64,000 nucleotides of DNA from assembly GCF_009914755.1 (NCBI RefSeq), contig NC_060937.1; one strand, given 5' to 3'. The notes beneath the pieces were generated by a model. It searched no databases. It was not told the DNA's origin and worked only from the letters and a program-made list of their open reading frames with translations. This document shows, piece by piece, positions 28,082 to 45,149 of this stretch (position 1 is the stretch's first letter; every line of letters begins with the position of its first letter). The stretch comes from the human T2T-CHM13v2.0 reference genome, Homo sapiens. The translations under genes and the position numbers were made by a program.

Positions 28082-30665
28082 GTACTCTATCTACAAAACT
28101 TTTGTACTAAAATTTTTGCTAGCGAATCTGAAAAAGAAGTTTTTAACTTTTTGTAGAATGTTCAAATTTGTAGAAATAAATTATTATCCTTTTATTTTAA
28201 AAAGGTTAAGAAAAACAATTAGGGTTATCAAGAAAATGGAGGGATATGATTACTATTCAATGGGATAATTATCCAGCAACTAATTATCGCCAAATTCTCT
28301 CTGAATTTTTATACTTTGGATACTCAGGGGATCTGGTACTTTTTGTCTATTTTAACAAACATCATGAATATATTGCAGCTGTCCGACAATCTCACGATCA
28401 GGATCTTTTGGGAAAAACACATATTATTCCTTAAGAGAACTGAATCCATGTATATTTTTTCAAGTTGATTATTTCCCTTCAAAAATTACTATTACCTGAA
28501 TAATAGGTAATATGCTTGAAAAAATATGATGTATTTTATAATTATTTTTACCTTTATGTAAGAAAAAAGTAATCTATAATTTGCCAATTATCGATTACTT
28601 GGACAAGCTGCTGCATAGCATAGTTACATCACCACACTAATTAACACCTGCACTTCTTAATATGAAGCAGTGGGTGTAATTTGGCAATATAAAATTTGAT
28701 AAGTATAGAAATATCTGGGACTCAATTTTATATTTATTTATTTAAAAACTAAAGATGTAATAAATAATTATTTTCTCATTGGTGACTCTGTGAGACTTTC
28801 TTGGAAAAATTTAAAGTTAAATTCTTGAAGTATTTTAGGAAGGGAAGGCCTGGTGGAGCAGGATTCATTGCCCTCAAAAGTATGTGCTTTGTAACTTATT
28901 GCTTTTCATTTCCTCCCCGCTTCTTGATATCTATTAAAAAGCCTAAAGTATGGAAGCAAAATTATAACAACATATCAGTTTTGTCTGTAAATATTTTCCA
29001 GTACCTACAAATGCCGTCCATTTGTAAGACAAATGGAAAAACTTTTGTTCCTTGTTTCTCCTGTGAATAAATGTAGCATAGCATGTTTTCTTCATACTTT
29101 AGTATGACACCTTGTTACTTAATCCAGTGTTCCCCTGAATGCATATTAATAAGATGAACTGAAGCCTACAGAGTGAGCTGGGCAAAATTCACATTTAAAA
29201 CTTTCCCAGTCTTGCTAGCTGGTCTTTCTGTATCCCAGGGAATGATATGGGAAACTCTTGTCTTCTTGTCTTCTTGCCTTGCTTCCTCTGATTGACTCAT
29301 TGACTCAACAACTAGGTCATTCAGCATGTATATTTAGTTGAGTGAGTCTCTTTCTCTTCCTGGTTAAGTGAATGTGCTCAAAACTAATTCTGTAACTCAA
29401 AGGAGGAGAAAATATAGTCCCAAATTTCTTAGCCCCATATAAATCAATAGGACCTTTGCAGGTGACAAACAAGGTGGACAGTGCTAGTAGCATAAGAAGA
29501 GATGATTACCAGTTATATCAATATGTTTGTATGTCAACAGTAATGCTGTAACTACTACAACAAGCTGAATTGTGAAACAATTCATTTTGGCATTGATTTT
29601 CCATTGTCTATAATGAGTTTGAGGAAAGTTATTTTTCTTCTGTTAATATTAAAACGTAATGTTATATATAGCTTCAGAGAGAGTACCTGAGAGGCATAGA
29701 AATAATAAATGCAAAGTAACAAATAAACTTCTAAACACAGGTAGAACAAATATTAAATGTATCCAGTCCATTTTTTTAAGCTCTTTACTATTCTCTAGTT
29801 GGATTATGCACCCTTGAAATGTTAAACATTTAGGCTTCAGCCTCAATGTTTGCATTTTCAGTAGCATTTATATTTCCTTTAAACTTTACCTGTGTGAACT
29901 AAAAGCATCCTGAATCTTATTTCCTCCTATTATGGAAATATGACTAATAGTGTGTTTGTTTTGCAATATTACCTCAATTTAAATTGCTTACATAAAAGGA
30001 ATAAAGGTACATATTATATTTTTAAGAGAATAAAGGTATATATTTTAAGTACAGCCTTTATATTTTTCACATACCATTTAACATTCATTTGAAATTGTAT
30101 GGAGGAACTATAATTTTCTTTGATAGATGCATGTTTCCTTATAGAATGTGAGTATAATTACTGAATAATTTGTTTACTTCTTTGAGGTCTCAGATCTGCT
30201 TTCTGAAATGTCTTATTCCCAACTCATTTCCTCTGGCAATGTAGTATTTAACCACCCTTGAAGAACCACACTTAGTTAAATGTCACTATTTGGCTTCCTG
30301 ATGATAGATTCAAGGTATTCAGTTATTTAGAAAAAAGATGAATGGAATAATTGAGACTTTCTTATAAATGGGTGTGTTGGAAGGATTTCCTTGCCAAGAT
30401 GCTTATAATTTCAGCATTTGAGCACCCATATCTTAGGTTATAACTTAAAATACTACCTGTAGGAACATGGCTAAACTTCTCCGTAGAAATACACCCATGA
30501 TTTTTAAACTGGTACATAAATCCACTCCTAGGATGGAGGTGTATGTCATTGACTAAATAAATGTGCATAAGTTAATTCACAGAAACTTCCTGGAATAATG
30601 GCCAATTTTAAAGAAAAAAAAGCTTGTTATAATAACAAGCATTGCTATTCATAAAATAGACTTGA

Positions 30666-30973
<308 letters not shown>

Positions 30974-32970
30974 AAAATAAACACATTTTTAGTGAATCAT
31001 TAGAAACATTTTACTTAACAACGGGAACCTTGAGAATGTGCCCCCATTTGCCATCTGCCCTCCACCTATCTCCCTCCCTGCCCTTAAAATTGCTTTATGA
31101 ATACCAAGGGCTCAGATTAGTGAAGATGTAAACTGAAAACCTTGAAATGGGTTTAGCATTGTATTGAAATTTAAATTAAAAAAAATTTTCTTCATCACAA
31201 ATGGCATTTCTGTTTCCTCCTTTTTTGCCCCTACATTTAGTTTCTATAAATAATGTCAGACTCCACAGTGTTCCTAATATCTTGTACTATTACATATCTA
31301 CTAGTTACTCACATCGGTATTAATGTGCATTAATGAACACTCACATCCTTTATAAGACAAAGGACTAGTTTAAGGCAGTAACATTGCATAAGACACAAAA
31401 GACTAAGATTTTTGGTTCACAATGGGCTGAGAATTGAGACAGAAGACAGAATCTTGTATGCTGAAGGAAGGAAAGTAAAAGAATAAGGGTCACGAAGGAA
31501 GGAGAATACTTAGGTAGAAGCTCTGTGACCCTCAAGATTAAAAGTAACATCTTTCCTTGAGTAAAGCTGTGCCTGAACAATACCTCTAACATCTTAGCAG
31601 ATTTGTCTGCTCTCATATAATCCAATAACAAACATCCAGGGGCAGTCAAATTAATCTTCCCAACCAAACCCAAAGGCATGTGCACACACACACGGTTTTA
31701 TATCATTTATAAACAAATTTTATCAGCAATTAGAAAAATAACATAGCCAGCCTGCTAGAGAAGAGAGAAGAAAGAGCACAATGTCTTGGAAAGAAGGTAG
31801 AAAAGGAAATTACCAATGGGAATGTGGGGAGAAACAGTTATTAACCAATCAGCAAAAGATAACTGCTGGTACCAAGCAAAAGCTTTTAAACGTAATTTGG
31901 CACTTATTGAACACCTGCTATGCATGTGGTCCAATTAAAAATCTTTCAGTCCCCAGAATCTTTATGCCTCATGTGTTTAGGATTGGCTATCTGCCTTCAG
32001 CTAAACAAAAGCTAATTGTGCAAATATGGCTATATGTTTTAGAGGAATGGTGCATTTAAACTCTAAGTCACAGTCCAAGACCTAAAATAGTAACAGTATG
32101 AATAATAATAATCAATAACTTTTATCTACTTTAAAAATTATGTGAGTTGACACAGTACATATTGAAGAAATCTACCTTTGACCATTGCTAGATTTAAAGG
32201 CCAAAAATATTAGAAAAAAATAAGTTAAAAGTCTTTTTTCTTTCCACCAAGTTCCATGTCAGACATTGTCAAAATGACCTCCTCAACCAATGTTGTCATA
32301 AATTTCACAATAATATATTAGCCAGTAATTATTTAAATTTTATATGCAATAGCTACTGATCAAACATTTATTCTTAGAAGCAAAATTGTATAGGTGGTTC
32401 AAGTAAGTCTTTAACAACATCCTTTTTTTGCTTCACTTTTATTTATAAGGAAATCTTGTTGTCTCTCTTGTGTATAATTTTTTAAATTAATTTTTATAAT
32501 TATTATAAGTTTTATAAAATCATCCAATCTCTATACACTACTGTTTCTATGCTAGTTTCATTAACAGTTATGTATTTTAGCACCTTTTAATAATCAAGAA
32601 TAAGAATAATTATTGTAGCTTGAGCTTTCATTAATATGTAATTGATCAAATGCTTAATCAAATAAATCAGATGATTTTAAACACTAATGTAACACTTTCA
32701 AGTGGAATATCACACACATAAAATACTCCACACAAAGTTGTTTCATGCACAAAATTGTTTCAAACACTAATGTAATATGTAACATTTTAATTTCTCAAAT
32801 TCTCTTCAGTATTTAAAATTAAAAACACAAGTCTAAAATGTTAGTTCCCTAAATGTTTAAAAAACCTGAAATAATACAACAAACACACACATCAGCACAA
32901 TAATAATTAAAATATTATCTTTAAAACAAACGCAATTTAAATATGTATTTAATTAAATTCTTCCTTTCAG

Positions 32971-33071
32971 TATTACTTATTTACTTACTCAATGAAGGAG
33001 AGAAAAATTTCCAACTTGACTCTTTTGATATTTCAATATTATCTGGGACTGGTGATCAGGATATCCACTAA
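32971..33071 (+). CDS. Candidate terminal coding exon (VLLIYLLNEGEKNFQLDSFDISILSGTGDQDIH*)
   Basis: Acceptor aaattcttcctttcAG. Phase-1 frame open to TAA at 33069-33071, followed by unique UTR-like sequence. ATTAAA at 33720 and AATAAA at 33849. Confidence 0.42.
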
Positions 33072-33649
33072 ATGTGACTTGCAGCATGAGTTGACCGCAA
33101 ACAGTTAATGATTGGAGTGACTCTACCAAGGCCATGTTTGCCAAGTACAGCAGTGCGACAACCTAGGATCCCCCAGTCTTGTCACATAATTTCTTGAAAC
33201 CTGGTGTATCATGTGCTCATTGAGCATTGTTAAGTTTTTAAGTTTTATTTTCAGCCAATTATACTTTCATTTTTATCACAACTTTTTTTTTGCAAGTCCT
33301 TCTAAGAGCCTGTTTTTAGAAGTTTTATAGTCAACTCTTACACAAGTTTTGCGCCTTCTATTGAGCTGATTGAATTCAAAAATCTTCCCATTTTGATTTT
33401 AACTCACTTAATCTATACTGGGATTTTTCCTATAATTGTGGTTTCTTTTTTAGCTAATTGAAAATGATTCTACAGACATTCTATTGGCAGGTTTTAACAG
33501 CTCCTTTTTAAAAATTTAACATATATTTTGGTTTTTCTGTAATGTCACACTTAAAATTTTTCCAATATTATTATTTCAGTTAACCTCAATTTCCAGTGAT
33601 AGATAATCTTTCCCACAAAAAGAAAATGATCTGAAACTGTCTGAGCATA

Positions 33650-33925
33650 CACATGACATCACAAGTGGAAAACTTCACAAAAGAAATAATCAACACAAAA
33701 TTGTTTCATGCAAAAAATTATTAAAAATTGTGTACAAAATTACCTCAGGCTATGTGTATAAGGTGTACATAAAACATAAATGAATTTTGCGTTTAGACTT
33801 GGATTCTGTACCCCATGATATCTCGTTATGTATATAAATATATTGCAAAATAAAAATTAAAAAAGAAAAACAAATCCAAAACACTTCTGGTGCCAAACAT
33901 TTTAATAGTGGATACTCAACCTGTG
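33650..33925. mobile_element. MER2 (TcMar-Tigger-derived) DNA transposon fragment
   Basis: caggctatgtgtataaggtgtacataaaacataaatgaattttg...ggatactcaacctgt terminal repeat. A smaller related fragment lies at about 32690-32765. Confidence 0.8.
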
Positions 33926-34210
33926 TATCCGATTGTTCCAAAAAACCCAGTTTAAGGGTGAGAAAATTAGATGAGAAAGTTAGTGATATACATCAACTGA
34001 CATGGCTAATGACTGAACTAGACTGAAAGGTCTACTCTCCTCTTATTAAAAGAACATTTACTTATACTTCTCCAGCGATTTATTTATTATACAAATATTT
34101 GTTGACATTTTTATATTCAAGGAAATATGCTGTTTCTTAAGAATCAAATTGTGAAAATACAAAACATATTTCTCAAGAAATTTACCACCTATTGAAAAAT
34201 ATTGAAAGCT

Positions 34211-35944
<1,734 letters not shown>

Positions 35945-36172
35945 GAAAGTTAAATAGGCAATAATAAAAATGTGATAACATATTCATGTTGTATTAAAAA
36001 GCAAAGTAAGTCTCAACTCTGTGTTGTCTACAAGAAATTCACTTTAAATGCAAGACATAAGTAGGTTAAAAGTAAAAGGATAGGGAAAGATATCGAAACA
36101 CTACACAAAAGAAAGGTTGACTTCTTGTATTAACATCAAACGAAGTAGACTTTAGAACAGGGAATATTATCA

Positions 36173-36355
<183 letters not shown>

Positions 36356-36679
36356 TTATTCTCAGTAACTGATAAAATTAATAGGAAGAAAATCAGTTAG
36401 GATATAGATGACTGAATAAACTTGTCAGTAATTTGACCTGATTGACAATTACAAAGTTCTTCACCCTAGAATACTTGGAAAGTACATGGACCAAAGCATT
36501 ATTCTCCAAAGCACATGGACCATTTGCCAAGCTAGATTATATTTTGGCTTATAAACCAAATACTAAAAAATGTAAAAGAATAGGAGGTATGCAAAATATG
36601 TTATCCTATCATAATCATATTAAGCTAGAAAATAATACATATATGTCTGGGTTATCCCAAAATTCAAAAAAATAATTAT

Positions 36680-36686
36680 ATGTATA

Positions 36687-36732
<46 letters not shown>
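36680..36732. repeat. (TG)n microsatellite
   Basis: About 21 uninterrupted TG units after tatg repeats. Confidence 0.95.
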
Positions 36733-36734
<2 letters not shown>

Positions 36735-37309
36735 CTAAAGGGACCATGGGTCAAATAAGAAATCTCAGGAGAACTTTAAGAAACCTTTTTGAACTGAATG
36801 AAAATGAAATCACTTACATAAAATTGGAGCGGTTCCAGCTAAAGGAAGTTTGAAAGGGAAGTTTATTTCACTAAATGCATATATTAGAAAGGATGAAATG
36901 TCTCAGAGAGAAAGAACAATTTTAGCTCAAATAAAATATGAGGGAAATAATAAAAATTAATAAAGAAATCAATGACAATGAAAGCAGAAAAGCAATAAAA
37001 ACATCATTTAAACGAACATCCAGTTTCTTTTGAAATGATTAATCAAATTAACAAGAATCTGACAAAGAAGGAAGATATATTATTAATATCAAGAATGAAA
37101 GAGAGCACATCACTACTGAACCTACAGATATTAAAAAATAAGGGAACACTGTAAACATGCTATGACCATTAATTTGACAACTTAGATAAAATGAACAAAG
37201 TTCTTGAAACAAATAACAAAGACTGGCTCAAAAAATGGTAATGTGAAGAATAATATATCTATTAAGAAAATTTAAGTTTCAGTAGACACTTCTCAATTCT
37301 ACTTAGAAG

Positions 37310-38370
37310 CCAGCAAGCCTATAGACTGGGGAAAATATTACAACCATATATCTGATAAGGGGTTAATATCCAAAATGTATAAAGAGCTCATACAGCTCAG
37401 TAGTGGAGAAATGAATAACCCAGTTAAAAATGGGCAAAATACTTCAATAAATATTTATCCAAATAAGACATAAAAATAGCCAACAGGTGTATGAAAAGGA
37501 ACTCAACATTATTGATCATTAGAGAAATGCAAATAAAAAACACTATGAGATACGACCTCATGCCTGTCAGGATAGCTGTCATCAAAATGTCAATGGATAA
37601 TAAATGATAGTGAGAGTGTGGAGAAAAATGGGACACTTGTACCTGTTGGTGGGAATGTAGATTGATATAACTATTATGGAAAACAATATGGAGGTTTCTA
37701 AAGAAATTAAAAATAGAACTTCTGTATAACCCAACAATTCCTCTTCTGGGCATATACGCAATGGAAATGAAATCACCACCTTGTAAAGATATCTGTGCTC
37801 CCATGTTCATTGCAGCATTATTTACCATAGCCAAGATATGAAAACAAACTGTTGGTTAACAGACAAATGGACAAGGTAATTGTAGATTATATACAATGGA
37901 ATATTACACAACGTTAAAAAGGAACAATCTCTTGCCTTTTGTCACAACATGTATGAGACTGGAGGACATTATTCTAACATAAATAAGCCAGACATAGAAA
38001 TAAAAATTTGCGTGTTTTCACTTATATGTGGAATCAATATGCACATGGAGAGAATAAAGTAGTCATTACTAAGGGTGGTGCAGGGTGGAGAAAGAAAAGT
38101 CAGAGGACGCAAAGTAGGAGTTATGTAGGATGAACACATCTAGAGATCTAATGTACAACACGAGGACTATAGATAATAAAATTATACCGTATGTGTAATT
38201 TGTGCTAAATGAGAAGATTTTAGCTGTTATTGCTACAAAACAACAAAAAAGGTGACAATGTAAGATGATAGGTATGTTAATTTGTTTCACTACAGTAACC
38301 TTTTTACCATGTATATGTATTCCATAACATCATGTTATATTCCTTGAATATGCAGGATAAAATTTTTAAA
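37310..38370 (+). mobile_element. L1MA (L1MA6-8-like) 3' fragment nested in the older L1
   Basis: catatatctgataaggggttaatatccaaaat...tctagagatctaatgtacaacacgaggactatag...catcatgttatattccttgaatatgc. Confidence 0.85.
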
Positions 38371-38913
38371 AATATCTATAAAGCAATAGTTCTCATGAAC
38401 CTAGACACAAAAATTCTAAACAAAATGTTTACAAATCAAACTCAGCAATATGTAAAAATGAAAATACATTATGACCAAGTGGAGTTTATCTAAGAATGCA
38501 AAATTAGTCCAACATTTGAAGTCAATGAACTTTACTGTATTTACATAATAAAGAATATATACATATTTTTTCAGTAGATGCAGAAAAGCAAATGACCAAA
38601 TTCATCATCTACTCATGACAAAAAGAAAGAAAAACACAACTCTCTCCCTGTGCATTAACAATGGAAGAAAATGTTCTTAATCTATTGAGATCATCCAAAT
38701 ACAAGGTACAGCTAACATGACACTTAATGATGAGAGATTTAATATTTTCACCCTAAGATGGGGAACAAGGCAAAACGCCCTCTCTCACCACTCCTATTCT
38801 ACATCATAGTGGAAGTTTTAGCTACTATGATTAACATGCAGAGGTCAGTTATATTTATATATACCAGCATACACACCAGCACTTTGAATTGTCAGCTTTA
38901 AAAAAGAAAAATT

Positions 38914-39216
<303 letters not shown>

Positions 39217-39232
39217 TTAAGAGGTGTGGTGA

Positions 39233-39562
39233 GACTGGGCACAGTGGCTCCTGCCTGTAATCCCAGCATTTTTGGAGGCCAAAGTGGGAGGATCACTTTA
39301 GCCCAGGAGTTTGAACCAGCCTGGGCAACAGTGAGACACCATATCTGCAAAAATTCGGAAAAAAAAATAAAAGTAGCTGGTGTGGTGGCATGTGCCTGTA
39401 GTCTCAGCTACTCAGGAGACTGAAGCAGGAGGATTGCTTGAGTCTGAGAGGTCACAGCTGCAGTGAGCCATGATCAAGCCACTGCATTCCAGCCTGGGTG
39501 ACAGAGTAAGACTCTGTCTGAAAGAAAAAAACAAAAGCAAAGAAACAAACAACAACAAAAAA
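39233..39562 (+). mobile_element. AluJ
   Basis: gggaggatcactttagcccaggagttt; ctgcagtgagccatgatc. Confidence 0.88.
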
Positions 39563-39692
39563 GATGTAGTGGGATCTCATTGTGATTTTAATTTGCTTTA
39601 TTTGCTTTTCCCTAGTGACTAACACTGTTGAAAATTTTTGAATAATGCTTGTTGCCTTTAGTATTTCTCTGCTAAGTTGACTCTTCAGATTC

Positions 39693-39846
39693 CTTTTTTT
39701 TTAACTTTATTATTATTTTTTTACTTTAAGTTCCAGGATACATGTGTGGAATGTGCAGGTTTGTTACACAGGTATACGTGTGCCATGGTGGCTTGCTGCA
39801 CCTGTCAACCCATCACCTATGTTTTAAGCCCCACATGCATTAGCTG
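39693..39846 (-). mobile_element. Very short L1PA8-like 3' end with TSD
   Basis: tactttaagttccaggatacatgtg...ttttaagccccacatgcattag, flanked by tgactcttca(g/a)attc at 39678 and 39847. Confidence 0.85.
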
Positions 39847-39909
39847 TGACTCTTCAAATTCTTTAAGATATTTTTAATTAAGATGTTTGCTTTCTCACTA
39901 TGGATTTCA

Positions 39910-40320
39910 CAGACAAAAACTGTCCATGAGTATTTATAGTATCCTTCCAACCCTAAAATGAAACAAGTCAAGTGTCTCTCAAAGATGAAGGACTAAATGA
40001 ACCATAGCATACAATGAAATATTTCTCGATAAAGAAAAGGGACAACTTCATTCAGGCAACAGAATGAATCTCAAATTCATTTTGTTAAGTGACAGCCAAA
40101 TCCAAAATGGATTGTATAAAATTAGTAGGAAACCTGGGAAAATCCAAGTAAAATCTGTAGTTTAGTTAACAGTCATGTAAAGATGTTAATTTCTTATTTT
40201 TGATATTTATACCATGGTTATGTAATATGTGAATATTGGGGAAGCTGGGTAAAGGGCATACTAGAACTTTCTGCACTATCTTTACATTTCCTCAGTTTCA
40301 AAATAAAACATTAAAAAATG
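39910..40320 (+). mobile_element. Old L1MC/MD-like 3' fragment
   Basis: ttggggaagctgggtaaagggcatactagaactttctgcactatcttt...aaaataaa. Confidence 0.55.
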
Positions 40321-42199
40321 TGGCTTTTTTGATAGAGTTGAATTCTAAAAAATCTTTCCAAAAATATATAAATAATTTGTAAACAAACATTTGTTTTGAT
40401 ACAACTATGAAAAATTGTTGATGATTTATATTTTCTTGTAAGTATATTTACTTATTTGGGAATACTCAGAAAATATTATAAAAGTGTTCTATTTCTAGTT
40501 ATACCTGTTATCTTTTTTTTAATTAGAAAGGTAATTTAAGAGGTTTTCAGAACGTTTAAAATATTTTCTATGATTTTTCAGATAAACTCCTAATCATATA
40601 TTTTAGATAACATAATGCACCTGACTCATTCTTATCAAAGTTTTGATTACATAATTTGAGTTTTATAATTATCATATTCATTCCTCTTCATGGTAATATG
40701 CTGGTCACAAATTTGCTTTGTGAGAAATTTAATTGCTTGAAATTATTTATGCCAATTTGCAAAGCCTGCCCCAGCTCTGTGGACTATATCATGGGCTGAA
40801 TATCTTATCCTGAAAGATGAATTCCTTTCCACAACTTAATAAGTAAGTGAGGATGTTTCTCTTTGAAAGTCAACAAGTTTTATGATAAAAGACAAGTTGT
40901 GTGGAAGTACTATTTATCTTTTCACAAAGTTAAAAGAAAATCACAAATTTATTGACCTAATCTTAACATGATTGACAATTATAACAGCATTATTAAGTAC
41001 TTATCTTAAATCTTCATTTGTGATGCTGTGACAAGTGCTTTCTCTATATGCCAAAGTGAGTTGATTTTTTACAAAATATATATAAATTTGAAAATCCTAT
41101 TTTTTCAGCACTGGCCCATGAGACGTTAAACAAAAGACAAAGAAGGAGAAAACAAAACAAAACAGAAACAGATCACAATGCAAATTCTAATATACAATTA
41201 TGGATTCTTAATAGTGAATAACAATACTAATAACTGACATTAATTTGAATTATCCATTAATTATTAGGCATTGTTCTAACCTATAAGCCCTATCTTACTC
41301 ATTTCTCACAACAACCAAATCAAGTAAATTCTATAATTATTTTTGTTTTACAAACTAGAAATCTGAAATATAAGATATTAAATAATTGAGCAAAGGGAAT
41401 ATAAATAAAAGAAGAACTGTGATTCTGAGCCAGGGATTAATGATCTCCTTCATTCTTCTATGCCTGTCTTTTCTGCTAGACAGCTGTTAACTACTAGTAG
41501 TGCTCAATTAGTGAATTACTAAGAAAAAAAATTGAGATGCACATAAAATAGCAGTGTTATTTTATAATATTATTATAATTATATCTGAATATAATGTAAC
41601 ATATTAATATGATATAATAATATTTCTATAAATTTATGCTTATTAGCTAAGTTAGATTATTTTACGTGTCACCAGATGCTTGCATAGAGTCTTTGGGAAG
41701 CACAACATCTTTAGGCACTGGGAGCAATAAACATATCTGAGCAAGGTTTAATAGGCTCTAAGCTTGGTTTTGTGGAAAGTAAGCTGATGGTATTTTATAG
41801 GAATATTAAAAGGGAGAAAGAATAGAAAGAGACTGACTGATAAGTAGGCTATTGAAATGTTTTGACATGGATTGATGAAACCTTAAATTAGAGAGGTAGC
41901 AGGTAGAAGGAGAGGGGTGAATGAACGTAGAACATATGTATAATAAATTATGCACATAACTGGAATGTGATGGGAAAGGTTGGTAGAATTAAGATTCCAG
42001 AATCATATTAAGATTCCAAGCCTGGGATAAGAAACAGATGATATCTCTAAGAAATACTGAGTCCATTTAAGAGATCTGGTGGAATATAATGATATATCTG
42101 AGAATTGACTGAGATAATTTGTATTCAAAAAGATAGCACGGAGTAATGCAAGCCTGGGATAGTTATGTGATAGCTATTCACATGGAGGTGGAATCGTAA

Positions 42200-42662
42200 T
42201 GGAAAAATTATTCTGGCACATGCTTAAACCAGTAAAACAGACTTTGTATAAGACTATTGCAACAGATGAGATAATATTGCAACAGAGAAGAAAGATTGAA
42301 CTCACCTCTGATTACAGCAAAGAAAGCTGGAAAATTATGGCCAACCAGTACAGTGAGGGAGTGAGTGGATAGAAAATTACTACGAGGAATGTGGTCAGAC
42401 ATCAAGTATAGCGGGATTCTCTAAACTTGCTTAACAGGATTCTTGCTAAAATTAGGCCAAGGACTTAGATGTGAAGGGTAGGGAATGAGGATATCATCAG
42501 ATATCAACATCAACAGTGGGAACTGCTAATTTAGCAGAATTCTTTGCTAAAACTGCACTCAGCAAGCCAAGGGCAGGACAGCAGGTTGAAGGTTGGGACT
42601 TATTCAAGAAGAGAGCTCAAACGATTCTCACTAAAGTTTGGTCAGGGAGGGGATCCTTGTCA
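42200..42662 (-). mobile_element. ERV1 solo LTR, MER31-like
   Basis: Ends ctaaagtttggtcaggga...ttgtca; repeated ggattcttgctaaaa motifs; gactattgcaa. Confidence 0.6.
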
Positions 42663-42783
42663 ATACCTGAAGACTTTGAATGGATGTGTCTAAGAGAGAC
42701 AATGTGCATACAAAGATACAGCAAATTAAGAAGTTGAAATAAAATAATGTAGATTAAGGAATGTAGAGGAAAAACATGAATTA

Positions 42784-43123
<340 letters not shown>

Positions 43124-43789
43124 TAATTTTTTTAAAGGTACTGATATCAAATCATGAATACTAAAGAAGAAATAAAGGAAGGATGGGTAGTAGAAATTGA
43201 TGAATGGGAATAAGAATATCCCAAATGAAATAATGGAGAAAAATAAGAAAGCCCAATCCAATCTGAGATCTTGCAACTTCAAGAGAAATAATTTAGTTTT
43301 AACAAATGAAAGCAGACTTTAAATTGTGCAAATGATTTGTGCAAGTCTCAATACCAGGTACTCTAGGGAATAACAGGTCCAATTATGTTATTGTTATATT
43401 CACAGCCCTCAGAAATCTGAGTATCTTCCATATCATCTCTCTGTTTTCGATTTTATATCCTGGACCATAGACACATTTTCTTTATTTTATGTTGTTTTCT
43501 CTGCCAGGAAAATTTTTGAGGTTTTTTATCCTCATTCATATTCTCCCAGTGAGCCCCACTGAAATATAAGTCAAACATGAGCTTTTCCATGCCAATTGTC
43601 TTGTTCCCCTATATGATATTAGCTTATACGACTTTAAGAGTTGTATAAGACATCATCCCAATGTTAACATTATTATGTATTGAATTTCCTACATATTTTA
43701 CTATTGTGAATTTTTTAAGGGCTCAGGAACAAACACTGCTTCATTTATATTTCTACCAAAAATAGAGAACGCAAAAGTTGGATCAAATC

Positions 43790-43905
43790 AGGGACTCAGC
43801 CCAGTACTGTGGCTCAAGCTGGTAATCCCGACACTTTGGAGGACCAAGGCAGAAGTTCAAGACTGACTTGGGCAATAGCGCAAGACCCTGTGTCTACAAA
43901 AAAAT
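43790..43905 (+). mobile_element. Degenerate Alu monomer (FLAM-like)
   Basis: gtggctcaagctggtaatcccgacactttggagg...gaccctgtgtctacaaaaaaa. Confidence 0.65.
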
Positions 43906-44704
43906 TATATAAATCATGTACTCATTAAATATTTCCTGAACAAATAATCTTGAAGACCAGGGTATGAAAGAGGCAGAGAACGGGCATCTCCATTGCTTTA
44001 GTAATGGTGATGCTGGCAAAAACAAAAAACATTGACTATTTATGTTTCCCAAAGGAAAATAAACCTGTCTTAAGTTGCTGGACAAATAATAAAGGCTGGA
44101 TAATTAGGGGAATGGGAACTTAGAATAGATAACTATTAAACAAAAAAATTCAATTATCCACAAATAATTAAATTTCATTTGCAGATTGCCAACTCATTCA
44201 CATCAGATAATGAACCATATCTCTTCCTACAGATAGGTCATATTTAGCATATCTATTCAGAATCGACAGCTCAAGTAATAAAATACTTGCAGAAAGTTTA
44301 CATTCTATGTAACATATTTGCATAATCTGTTTTATGATACAAAGGCTTTCAGATACTTGTAATTTAGATTTTCAATTGAAAATAATTTTATTTTTATTGT
44401 TCAATATTTATTAACAAGCTTCAATTTATTATGGAAGAGGGAATTCATCCAAAAATGACAGAGGACTATCCAGACATTATTCCATTGCAGGTTATGATTT
44501 AGTCCGCCCTGGCTTAAAGTCTAAATTTCAAATGCAGTAGGGGATGCCTAGTTTGCCACCTCATAGTTTTACCTGGGAAATTTACTGTCTGAAGACATTT
44601 AAAAGTTTATTAGAAATTATTTAAAAATTAATTACAGTATAGATTAAATATAATTAGTTTCATTACATTGTACATTGGTGGACAATTATAAATTATATAC
44701 TTGC

Positions 44705-45149
44705 TGAATTAGGGTTTTCTAGAGGGACAGAACTGATAGGATCAATATATACATGAAGGGGAGTTTATTAAGTAGTAGTAATTCACACAATCACCAGGTC
44801 CCACAATAGCCCATCTGCAAGCTGAGGAGCAAGAAAACCAGCCTGAGTTCCAAAGCCGAAGAACTTGGAGTCCGATGTTCAAGGCCAGGAAGCATCCAGC
44901 ACGGGAGAAAGATGTGGGCTGGGAGACTAAGCCAGTCTAGCCTTTTCACGTTTTTTCTGCCTGCTTTATATCCCAGCCAAGTTGGCAGCTGATTAGATGG
45001 TGCCCACACAGATTAAGTGTGGGTCTGCCTTTCCCAGCCCACTAACTCCAGTGTTAATCTCATTTGGCAACACCCTCACAGACACACCCAGGATCAATAC
45101 TTTGCATCCTTCAATCCAATCAAATTTACACTCAGTGTTAACCATCACA
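44705..45149 (-). mobile_element. MLT2A (HERV-L) solo LTR
   Basis: Ends cactcagtgttaaccatcaca (reverse complement of the TGTGATGGTTAA start). 5-bp TSD cttgc at 44700-44704 and 45150-45154. Confidence 0.9.

Noticed and set aside
28379-28449. Possible exon with a few CpGs (AVRQSHDQDLLGKTHIIP* or LSDNLTIRIFWEKH...)
   Set aside because: Poor polypyrimidine tract and weak donor.
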